Origin: Anthoceros angustus
Taxonomy: Eukaryota; Plantae; Anthocerotophyta
NCBI GenBank assembly: GCA_010909165.1
Contig: MU008158.1
Span: 2,505,478 to 2,569,477, forward strand
Length of the DNA: 64,000 nucleotides
Direction of reading: 5' to 3'
The notes below the pieces were generated by a model that saw only the letters and a program-made list of their open reading frames with translations, did no database searches and was not told where the DNA came from. Of the stretch, positions 48,456 through 59,969 are shown piece by piece. Position 1 is the stretch's first letter; each line of letters starts with the position of its first letter. Position numbers and translations under genes: made by a program.

Positions 48456-50126
48456 TGTTGTTCTCATTTTTTCCACACCCCTCCATGAGGCTGACCTTTC
48501 CAAAGCTCCGTGAATCCTGGCCGGTCTTATGTGTAGATGCCTAAAAGCATGAGGAAGATCAAGCTACGGAGGCGGTTGAGACCAGCGCTTTGGCGGCAGC
48601 CACCTTAGTAAGCGGGAGATCATGGAGGCCACGGTGGGCCGGAAGGACTATGGGACCCAAATCTGGTTGTAATTCACGAGACACAGGCGGCGTAGGTGCT
48701 CGGCGTCCACGAGCTTTGAAGGGCAAGTGGCGGCGGTGAAAAGAGCCGGGGCAAAGTCTCGACAGTGGCGGGAAAGGAGGAGGAGGACGATGTTTTGCAT
48801 CTCAAGGCTTGGGCAGGCGGCAATGGAACGAGAGGAGGAAGCGTGGTGGGCAAGGTAAGGGTAAGATTCCCGTGTGTGGGAGGGAGGGATGGGGGAGACA
48901 GCGGTGTATGGCGTCTCATTCGGCGGGGAAGGACCAAAACCGAGCACAGTCGGCTAGGGCATCGGCCGCCACATGTTCGGAGAGGAGGAAGACTCGGAGA
49001 GGCTAGATTTCACAAGGATGAGTGTCGCCATATTTGGAGAAGGCATGGGCTCACAAGCTCGTAAGTACATGGAGGCGATTGAGACATGGAGGAAGGCGCC
49101 CGCCATGTCAAGGCAAAAGTGGCAAGGATCATCCGGGCCGTTGGGGCGGTGTCTATCGACTCCTATAGAAGGGCGGTGTGGTGATGCACAAAGCTGCGAT
49201 CTTTGCAGACAAAAGGGTTAGGGGACGGCAAAGAGGTACGGCACCGGTAGCATACATCCATGAGTCCACGAAGACCCTTGCGCCAAACCGCCGTAAGCCA
49301 AACATGCTTTGCACGTTGGACGGCGTTACCTTAGCGGTAACCATGATGCTCTATTGGTAGAAGGTGAAGCGAATTGAATTCCAGGCCGCGGAGAACAGCT
49401 TGAAGCTATCACATGGTACTGACCATAAGACGGCATCATGTGGACTAATTTTGTGAAGCATGTGAAGAGTGCGAGAAGGGCACGAAACACTGTACCCTCC
49501 TAAAGCCGTGGGACACCCCTGCTTGAGCAATTTGTTCATCTTCAACTAGAGGCAAGACTTGGAGGTGTGAGCGAGCAAGCAAAGTTGATACTGCGAGGAT
49601 GCGATCGACATCTTCCTCATGATCTTTGTGGAGGAAGATCTTGATATCATTCCTCGAATGTCGAGATTTGGACATAAAGTGCTCTAGGGGCCCAAGAGGA
49701 AAAGGGTGCCGATGTCCCACGATGCTTGCAGCCCATATCCATCCTTGGTGGTATCTTCAATGTTTGTCGGTCTATAGTTTCCAAGCACGGAATTTTTAGC
49801 CATGGATATCGGCATGAAATGCAAGCACAGAATTCAGGCAGTTCTAATGCTGGATTTGGAGGCTGAAGGCTACGTTGTATTGCATTTGGAGGCTATGCAC
49901 TAATCATCTTTCTTTGTGTTGAGCTACATCTTCGTTATCTCCTTTTGCCCATGAAGGAGTGCATTTTGCAACCCGCTCCTCTGCAATCCTCTCATACATC
50001 CATTTTGGAAACATGAGCGTGTGTGCTTCATGTTGAGACATGACATATCGAGCGGACTTTGAGTGGTCCATGGTCTTTTGTATTGTCTTGCAATTTTGAA
50101 CCCTAATCTAAAGTTTTGGAGGAACA

Positions 50127-50606
50127 ATGTTAGGAAGGAAGAAGTTATTTCTTGCAAGGACAAAAGGCACCCAAGTATGTCCCAAAGTGAGAAGTCTTGG
50201 GAGGTCTTTTGAAGAGGAGCAAGACAAGATGGATGGAGTTGTTGCCCCGAGCCAGCAAAAACTAGCTGCCATGAGGAGGAGCAAGGAGGTGGGAAGCAAT
50301 AGCTATGCATGCTTTGGGTATGGCGGGCAGAAGGGGTTTATGGACAGGTTTAGAGGGAAGTTTGAGAGGGATCCAACCCATGATGAAATCAATGCTGTTG
50401 GCACCAATCATGGGGCTTGGCTATCAAAGTTGAAAGAGTTTTGGAGGCAGTCTCAAACTAGAACTCCAGCTTTGGGTATGCAGGTGGACTCAAAGGGGCA
50501 AAAGGACAAGGCGATTAATGTGTGGACCTTGTTGAAGGATGCAGGCTATTCCATCAAAGAGTGCGATGGGAAGGTCATGGAGGCCATCTCAAAGCGAATG
50601 TCATAG
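50127..50606 (+). pseudogene. CACTA ORF2/TnpA-like (Ptta-type) fragment
   Basis: KLAAMRRSKEVGSNSYACFGYGGQKGFMDRFRGKFERDPTHDEINAV. It lies just inside the right subterminal region of the CACTA element, where TnpA-like ORFs end. Confidence 0.55.
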
Positions 50607-51416
50607 ATGACGGGTGGATGGTGGGGCATTATCTTCCCATAAAGTTGCAAGACATCTTGAGGATGCTTGAGCATGATTAGTTAGATCGTTGTTCAAGACT
50701 ATTGTGTCTATTTTGTGATAGCACAGTTAAGTGAACTTAGTGATTTTGGTTTGTGGGACTCTTTTTACATGTGGCTATCTTTGGGGCAAGGTCTTTCTTT
50801 GAGGTGGGTGGAGAAAATTCTTAGATGCCCATGTAGCATGTAGGGGGCTGCGAGTCTAATATATTGTAGGATGTATGTGCAATCCCCAAATTCCCACCCC
50901 ACACACCCTAGTACTCCCTTCATTTTACTACAACAGGCATTTTACTACAACAATATAAATCGATTTACTTTACTACGATTACTTAATCCGAATTTTACTA
51001 CGGCCTTATTTTGCAGCGGTATTTTACAACGGCATATAACTCTGATTGCCTGATTAACCTAACCATGGTTACATAACTATGGTTTATAAACCATTATTAT
51101 TTAACTTCGTTAATAAACTTGAGTTAATTAACATTGGTTACTTAACCCTTTTTATTAACCACGATTATTTTTTGTAAATTCCGTTGTAGATCTTTGTAGT
51201 AATTATTGTTGTAAAGTAAACGTAGTTAAATCCTAACTGATGTATGTCAACTCGGTATAGTCCATCGTATATATATGGCTATCGGTATATAGCCATGGTA
51301 TACGATTGTGAAGACATTACCACGTGATTTATGCTTTTTAGGGCATTTTACTATAGGTGTAGTAATTCGGTAGTAATGTCCATAGTAAATACCTGTAAAG
51401 GCTGTTCGTAGTAGTG

Positions 51417-54400
51417 TCCGGGGGTGGTGGCGTCTCACTGGATTGGCTCTCTCACCTCTTTTTGCTCCTGCCCCTCCCCAAATTGCTCTTCTTCCTAATG
51501 TGTGGGGCAACACCCCTTCCTCCTCCCGGGCGACGCCACTCCTCCCCGATCCGGCAATCGCGCCCCCTCCGCACTCAAAGCGCTCTTTCCTTCGACTCGC
51601 GCTGGTCACGCTCAGCCAAAGGGCACCCTGCGGTAGTCCGCGACTACGTGTCATTCTACCGTGGTGGTCAGTCCCTCTCTCCTTCTTCTTCTTCCTCTTC
51701 ATCGGTGATGTCTCTTGGGTTGGAATCCTCCTTGCTCCTTTCCTCCTGTTTGGTTTGTCCATACCTTGCTTGGAGCATTCTCAAGGAGTCTTCCTCCCCC
51801 AATTGTTGGCCGATGTTTCCACTAACTTTTTCGGGCCTTCTTAGCGTTGGACTCCTCTCCAGGCCCGGGCTCTTCCCTTGTTCGTGGGGCGAGGGAACTC
51901 CTTACCCCTCCCCCTTCATCGGCGGATCTAGCTCCGCTCTTGCTCTCCTTCGGTGCTTCCCCACCACCTCACCTCCTCCGGGGGTATCTTGTGGACCCCA
52001 GGCTCCTTCATCATCCGCAGCTCAGCGGCCCGACTCTCCAGCAGCTCATGCCCTTGCCCTACTCGGTGGTGGCGGACTACGGGGTAGAGTGGTATCCACT
52101 GCAGTCCGTCAGCGGGTCCACCTGGTGACCGGGAGGCACCCTCCTGCCTCCGCGCCATCCTCCACTCTTGGCGCCGCGGCCTCTCCTCCATCTCCTGTCT
52201 CCTCGGACTCCTCGGAGTCCATATCACTTGTGGCCTCATCAAAATCGGAGGCCCCGGCTGCACCTGCTGCAGCTCCTTCCTATCATCATCGTGAGGACCC
52301 AATGTCCTCCTCTTGGCCAATCGCAATACCTCGTTGTTGGCCTTCAATATCCTGTTGTGAAGGTGGGCGCCCAAACTATGATATTGCATTTGGAGATCAT
52401 CCAGCTCCGTGGGCCATTCTCCATCTTCACACCTACCCTTGTAGGCATCCCTTGAGGTGGTCAATTCTCCCACCTTCACATGGAGGGTTACAATCTCCTC
52501 CCTTGCTTCTCTCACCGGGTTGGCCACTCCTCAAGGGCATAGTCCCAAAATCGCTCTTCCTCACCACCAAGATCCTATGCACCACCTTCTTGTGGTTCTC
52601 CTCCTCTTGGGACCTCCTCCGCTCCAGGTCCACCAATTGTTTTGCAAGCCCTTCCCTTTCCGCTTGCCAAACACCCTTCTCGCGCTCCACCTCGCAGCTT
52701 GTCGGTCTTGCGTCTCGACCAGCGCTTCTTCCAAATTGTACCGGGTCCTTCGCAATTCTTCTTCCATGTCACGAATTTTGATGGCTTGAGTGGCCATCAC
52801 CTGCTCCTGCGCCTCCACTTGCTGGGTCGCCTGCTTCTCTCTTCCTAGAGCCTCAGCCTTGCTATTCCTCTCCTGCTCTAGGTGGGCAAAATGCTCCTCC
52901 GCCTTTTGCCTCCACGAGTCCCTTTGGGTTGTTGCCCGAACAGCTCTCTCCTCGGTTTGTGACAACTTCCCCGCCAAGACCTTCTTCGCGCGCTGTTGAT
53001 CCACAAGGTTGCGTTGGAGTTTCTCCACAGCCTTCTCCAGCTTGGCTGCCTTCTCATCGAACTCCATGGCCTCCAATTGCCATTTGGTCCCTGCTCTCCT
53101 TTCCGTCATCTCTTGGGCCTTATTTGCCCGGACTTCCTCGTGGCACGCCCATAAAGAGGCTGCTAGTTCCCTAGCCCCCTTCAAATCTATACGGCTGAGT
53201 GCTTCACAAGCACTCAGCAAATCTCCTATGGGCCCGAATTCTGCCCCCACTGGCCCTTTGCTGGAAATTTCCAGCTCCCTCGCACTCCTGGGGCCATCGC
53301 GTGGCGGCGTGGGTCCTCTCACCGTCGCTCCGTCCGCTCTTCCTCCCGGTAGCGGGGATGGCGTGCGGTGCCCGCCACCAGGCTTCTTTCCTTCACTGAG
53401 GTTGCTCGCCTACTAGGGTAGGGTGCCTGCCTACCGCGGTAGTCTGCCTACCTACCGTGGTAGGTTGACCGCCATTTCACGGTAGTCCTACTCACTGGGG
53501 TAGGCCGCCTCCCTCCGCCCCCAGGTAGGTGCCTCTTCTTAAGGCACCCACGAGATGGTGGGGACTCCTCCCACCCTTGGGGTCGTCACCCCTACCGTGG
53601 TAGTCCGCCTCTCATAGACCACCACCTGGCCCTCCTTGGCCGGACCTTGCCCTTCTCCTCCTCCTTGCTCTTGTGGGGGAAAGGCCTCCCACTCCGGCAA
53701 CCTTATTGCCTCCACCTCCTCAATCCTGGGTCCTGGGGCGCTTGTGGAGGTCTGTCCTCCCATGGTCTTCCTCAGCGCAAAGGGTAGAGGCCTCTCTAAG
53801 CTTGGCTGGAGGTGGATGACCTCAAAAGGATGCCAAGCATCCTCAAGCTCTTTGCTGGTTAAGAGCCCCTCCGTCTCCCACAAATGCACCAAATAGGTGC
53901 TGAGGTAGCATGGCCTTGGCCCCTCTTCATCCACGGAATTCGGCCTAAGGAGCTTCTCCCTGTGATGGATGTAGGCCTCATACATGATGGTGCCCCAATC
54001 GCTTGGCTCCTCGAAATCTTCCACAAAATTGGAGGAAGTTGGTCTTTGAAATAGAAGTCCGTTGATAGTTCACCAACAACACAATTTTGGCAAGAGCCTC
54101 CACTTAGCTCCTTGATGCTTCGGTCTTCCGCCATTCTTGGCGTGGGCCTTCACTCCCGTCCATCATATCCGAGGACCTCTGCGGAATTTATGAGGAAATC
54201 CTCTTCCCTCCATTCGTCCTCTCGAGGAGAGCAATTCCTGAGCTCTCCTCCTCCGGCCTCCATACACAGCCGAACTTGAGTCCAACAGGTGCCGTTCGAG
54301 CATTCCTCTCCGTTAGTGCAGGGGCTCGATTGATGGAGGTTGATGTAACACTCCTCAATCAATTCCAAATTGGTGTAGGCCCATTGGCGGCCATACACCC

Positions 54401-54599
54401 ATCCCAATTGGATGTTGTCTTCTTCGCTTCTTGCCAAAAAATCCACCAGGGTTGAGGCCTGCAAAGCACGTAAATTGGGGCATCTCGACCTTGCCCCTCC
54501 GGCGGCGGTAGCCTCACTTCTTCTTCTTTCCTTTCCACCTCGCGAGGAGGAGCCCTTGGCAGGTGGTTCCTTCCCCTTGCCTTTTCCCGCTCGAGGCAT
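51417..54599 (-). pseudogene. Long frameshifted TE-associated ORF: DWG...YLSTYLxHLW domain, linker, long coiled coil; cut by the CACTA insertion and probably continuing at 40946-39900
   Basis: Consecutive minus-strand ORFs 54150-54599, 53539-54024 (EPSDWGTIMYEAY...PCYLSTYLVHLWETEGLLTSKE), 52561-53322 and 51928-52527 (E/K/R/A-rich heptads), and 51247-51762. Confidence 0.7.
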
Positions 54600-57500
54600 G
54601 GCGGCGTCTTACTCCAAACGCTTCCAAGGAAGGAAATTACTTCCCAATTCTAGGTGCTGGTATCCTCCAAGCTTGGCTCTCCAATGCTCCTCTTCTTCAC
54701 GACTGGCAGCAAAATCCCACCTGTGACACAATTGCAATCGTTAAACCTGGTTGTTGCTTCCCAGCTGCCGCCAATTCTCCTCGGGAGCTCTACTTCCAGG
54801 GCAAGACGGCGCCTGTAGGTGATCGCGGCGTCCTTCCTCTCGTCCTCGATTCCCTCAGTCTCGTCTTGCAGAGACGCCCAATCTTGCGCCTCCCGCCTGG
54901 CCTTCTCCACTCACGTTGCTCCATGAGCACTTCGCCTTCCTTGAGCCGGTGCGCCTCTTCTCCGTCCTCGATGCTCCAGATCGTTTGGTGGCCTCCCTCT
55001 TTTCTCAGCTGGGGTTTCTTCTCCTCTTGGCTCTCTGCCTTTCTTCCGTTCGCAAGCCGCATCGACGATGGCGATGGCAGCCTTCCTCCTTCTCCTCTTC
55101 ACGCTTACTCCCCAACTCCAGTCACAACTCTTCACGACGTGCGGATGCCTCAGTTTGAAGAGGGAGTCGCCAAAACTGCACTATGCCCTCCTTGGATTGC
55201 TGCCACCTGGAGGCTGCACAACCCTAGATTTGGTGCATCATTCCAAAATCCTAATCCTATCTAAACTGCCTATTTTCCTTTCCTGCCCGCTGTCCCTAAT
55301 TAATCACTTGCTAATTACTCTATATATTTATTCTCCTATTGGTGGGCATATATAGTGGATATTCCCCGATTCTAATTCCCTTCGGGCCGAGATCGATACC
55401 ATGGTAGTCGCCTTCGCTCGACCTACGGCGTAGTGTGGCAGCCTACGGTGATGCCCGACCCTCTTGCCGCTCGGTGCCTTCCGGTCTCGCCTAGGGGTCA
55501 TTTTGACCCGTTCTTTTCCTCGATACCCTCTGCCTCCTAATAATATCCTACAACTCCAGCTTCAAGGATTTCAGAAAATTCCCTGGCATGATCCCCTTCA
55601 ATTGTTTTAGCCAAAAAAATCGAAGTCGTTCTTCCTCCGGCTCTTTTGGGCTGGTTGCCCAAACTTTTGCATTCCACACAGCCAATCCAATTGGTCAACA
55701 TCCTTCGTAGCTCAAACCGGTCTCAAACTCCTCTCATTGATGTGGGCAAATACTTTAGGTATTTCTTTTCTGTCCTCATGACCTTGATCTCAACACATGC
55801 TTGAAATTTATAAGATGCTCATCCAAATCCTCAGCCGTGTTCCATAGAATGCCGGAAGGGCAGAGGCATCCACAGACTTTCTCTCTGTATTCCTTGACTC
55901 ACTCCTGATGCAGACTCTCAGCTATATTTACGACTTAAGTAAGATGACTTACCTTCTTGCGGGAGCAATTCCCCGACTCTCCTCCTCCGCCTCCATACAC
56001 CGCTTGCTCCTAACGGTCCAACACTGGCCGCCAGCATTCCTTCCCGCGGCAAGGGCTGCGATTGATGGAGGTTGATGTAACACTCCTCAATCAATCCAGG
56101 TAGGCCCATTGGCGGCCATACACCCATCCCAATTGGATGTTGTCTTCTTCTGCCCACTGCCGAAAATCGACCAAATCCCTGGGGTTGAGCTGCCCTGCAA
56201 AGCACGTAAATTGGGGCATCTCGACCTTGCCCCCTCCTGGCGGCGTAGCCTCCGCTGCTGCCTTCTTTCCTTTTCCACCTCGCGAGGAGGAGCCCTTGGC
56301 AGGTGGTTCCTTCCCCTTGCCTTTTCCCGCTCGAGGCATGGCGGCGGCCTACCCAAAGCGTTTCCAAGGAAGGAAATTACTTCCCAATTCTAGGTGCTGG
56401 TATCCTCCAAGCTTGGCTCTCCAATGCTCCTCTTCTTCACGATCGGCAAGAAAATCCCACATGACACAATTGCAAAAACACGGTTGTTGCTTCCCACCGC
56501 CTTCCTCGGGAGCTCTGTGGCAAGACGGCGCTCGAAAGGTGATTGCGGCGTCCTTCCTCTCGTCCTTGATTTCCTCGGTCTCGTGCAGCGCCCATCTTGC
56601 GCCCCGCCCTTGGCCTTCTCCGCACTCACACGTTGCTCCGAGCACTTCTCGCCTTCCTTCAGCCTGAGTGCGCCTCTCGCTCCTCCGTCCTCGATGCTCC
56701 AGATCGTTTGGTGGCCTCCCTCTTTTCTCCTGGCTAGGGTTTCTTCTCCTCTTCGCGCTCTGCCTTTCTTCCGTTCGCAAGCCGCATCGACGATGGCGAT
56801 GGCAGCCTTCCTCCTTCTCCTCTTCACGCTTACTCCCCAACTCCAGTCACAACTCTTCACGACGTGCGGATGCCTCAGTTTGAAGAGGGAGTCGCCAAAA
56901 CTGCACTATGCCCTCCTTGGATTGCTGCCACCTGGAGGCTGCACAACCCTAGATTTGGTGCATCATTCCAAAATCCTAATCCTATCTAAACTGCCTATTT
57001 TCCTTTCCTGCCCGCTGTCCCTAATTAATCACTTGCTAATTACTCTATATATTTATTCTCCTATTGGTGGGCATATATAGTGGATATTCCCCCCGATTCT
57101 AATTCCCCTTTCGGGCCGAGATCTCGTCAGCCTACCATGGTAGTCCGCCTTCCGCCACCACAGGCGTGTGTGGCACTCACTTGCCAGTCTCACCCTCCGC
57201 CTTCGCTGCCTTCCTCGCCTAGGGGTCATTTTGACCCGTTCTTTTCCCTGGGATACCCTCTCTGCCTCCCTAATAATATCCTACAACTCCAGCTTCAAGG
57301 ATTTCAGAAAATTCCCTGGCATGATCCCCTTCAATTGTTTTTAGCCAAAAAAAATCGAAGTCGTTCTTCCTCCGGCTCTTTTGGGCTGGTTGCCCAAACT
57401 TTTGCATTCCACACCTGGCCAATCCAATTGGTCAACATCCTTCAGGCGCTCAAACCAGGTCTCAGCTTTACCTCTCATTGATGTGGGCAAATACTTTAGG

Positions 57501-57707
57501 TATTTCTTTTCTGTCCTCATGACCTTGATCTCAACACATGCTTGAAATTTATAAGATGCTCATCCAAATCCTCAGCCGTGTTCCATAGAATGCCGGAAGG
57601 GCAGAGGCATCCACAGACTTTCTCTCTGTATTCCTTGACTCACTCCTGATGCAGACTCTCAGCTATATTTACGACTTAAGTAAGATGACTTACCTTCTTG
57701 CAGGAGA
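54225..57707. repeat. Head-to-tail tandem duplication, ~1.74-kb unit (54225-55960 / 55961-57701)
   Basis: The copies are colinear, with long identical stretches (e.g. ~55060-55355 versus ~56785-57080). Junction microhomology AGGAGA at 54225 and 57702. Confidence 0.92.
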
Positions 57708-59969
57708 AACAACATCCAACAATGCTTTAAGGAGAGTCACCTCGATATGGACATGAACCTGCAAGAAACCAAAAGGTACGAGTGGCACTCTGACAGGCTA
57801 CTCCGGCTACACTCGTGTCTTGACATTTTGACGTTTCCTCTCCCTCTTGGACTCTCATGACTCTCTTCTCATGATGCTAATCTCATACCTTTCCTATGTA
57901 TCATGTGAGGACGACGCGCTCGGAAGCCGAGGAGGCATTCTACAAAAAGCTTAGCCAGGCTCGCTCACAGCAACACGTCCCGCCAGCGGTGCCATGCTGT
58001 GAAATGTCGTCTCCCTTCATTGGCCCATGCTATCACGGGGCTACTATAGAAACAGATAAGTAACGAGAAATACATTGACTATTGTTTCTAGACACACAGG
58101 CATGCACTGTTACATTCAAGAGCTAGGCATACAGGGTCTGATGTCTAGAGACTCGAGTGCTTGCATCTCAATGACATGAGCTGGCCCTTCTTTATGGCAA
58201 GACCAACTGGAACCTCTTCACGATGTGGAGACTTAGACACCAGCTCTTGTGTGATGGGGCAAAGGACTCTAGCCAAAGACAGTGTTCTAGGATGCACACC
58301 CTTGTACAGGAATAGGGCTGCTGGATATCTCGACAGTAAGCTACACTCTGGACTAACAAGACAAGCGTAAAAGGAATAGATGCAAAGCAACTAGCTCGAC
58401 ATTCTGGCAGAGTCTCAGCAGATGAAGTTGGGACGTGGGTATGTCCTCCTCCTTAGATGCGAAGCCTAAGACTCTCATTCTTATACAGAGGCCAGTTAAT
58501 CGTGGCTGAGTCGGGGGGATGACCGAGTCTCTACGCCGAGTTGGGCTGGACTTTTCAGCTTGTGGCTTCTCGTAAGCTACCAGCCCTAGGGTTACCTAGG
58601 CTTCTTTGTACCCATCCATGGTTAAACTGAATGTTTTTTTACACGAAAAAAAAGTGGCAGTGCGAGGGATAAAAGTGCACATAGAGTTCACGATTGTGGG
58701 ACTCCCGAGCAGTGCATTTGGCCTGATATTTGGAGATCCGTGACTCGAGCTAGTGCATGGAAGGCACCAGTGGGAGACGGGCATTATCAAATTTGGACAG
58801 CCTGGAAGAAGAGTTCATATTTGAGCTTGGAAGATAGACGATGACGAGCCAAAGGAAAACCTTTAGTCGACAAATAGCTTGTTACAGATAAAAAAGCCTT
58901 TAGTAAAAAAATAGCAAAGCCCTAATAAATGAGGAAGTTTAGGGCATTGCCTCATGATGTTTGGTGTTCCTATGGGTATGCCATAGCCTACCTTAAAGAA
59001 TGATATATTATTATTTAGTCATACTGTATTATTATCATCAAAATATGGAGTAATAATCTCATTATATTGATGAAATCCTGCCCATGAAAAGCAGCTCGGG
59101 GAGAACACATAAACATCCACATAATTATAGAGAAAACATAGTGCAAGATGTGCATAGCCATCGCCGATAGATAGGTATTAGGTCTCTAGCGATTGTAAAC
59201 CACGAAATACAATTATGGCCACTCGGTTCTTGTAGTTGTGCAGGACACTGGATTCCGTACGTAAGACTACCCGCATCCGCGGTAGGATGCATTGGTTGTA
59301 GGGGTTGGGCCGTATTTATCACTATTTATGATGCTGATTTGTGATGCTGTGGACGATGACGATTTTGATCAAGTGTAGGCTTTCTCTCCAGTATGTCCAT
59401 CATGTGTATTCTACCTAGGAGATAAAAATTTAGTAATATAACCATTTTCATAAGATCCTAATAGCTCACTCGGCTCTGTCCATGGTCAATGAAACATGCC
59501 GCGAAAGTGCAGTGTACTCCAAATGGAGACGTTCGAGGTAGTTGGCGTGTGAAGAGGCGTGGCCCAACTGTTGAATTTTGACGTGGCTCGCCTACCTATC
59601 CGTTTTCCAGCTTGAGATACGATTTTTAATGCTTTAAGCATTCAAAAAAATTAGTATGGGAAATGGTGTAGCTATCGTTGACAGACGCGCTTGGAGACGG
59701 ACGCCATTTGAGTCACACACGTCTATATCGATTATACACTACTCTATGTACATATGTAATTATGTGTGCACCGCGGGTGGCTGTAGCGGACGTGTCAAGA
59801 GCTGAGTCATTGTCCCGTTATAAAATCACGTACGGCCTGTTGGTTATCGTGTCCCACTTGGCTTCCGCCGCTTGCTTGTTCCAGCTGCTGCTGGCTGCAC
59901 TTCTTTTTCGCCTTCGTCCGTTCCACACGATACATCTTGCTAGCCGCTGCCCTTCCGCTCGCCCCGCCC

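Larger units (their letters stand above)
40947..51416 (+). mobile_element. CACTA (En/Spm) DNA transposon, non-autonomous, 10,470 bp including a nested LTR array
   Basis: Left end CACTACTAGGAAAAG, right end CTGTTCGTAGTAGTG (13/15 inverted match). 3-bp TSD TCC on both sides. Dense TTTACTAC/TTACAAC subterminal repeats at ~40950-41370 and ~50920-51410. No recognisable DDE transposase. Confidence 0.93.

Noticed and set aside
51414-52781. 455-aa plus-strand ORF
   Set aside because: It is a Ser/Pro/Leu-rich antisense shadow of the E/K/R-rich minus-strand TE ORF, with no recognisable domain.
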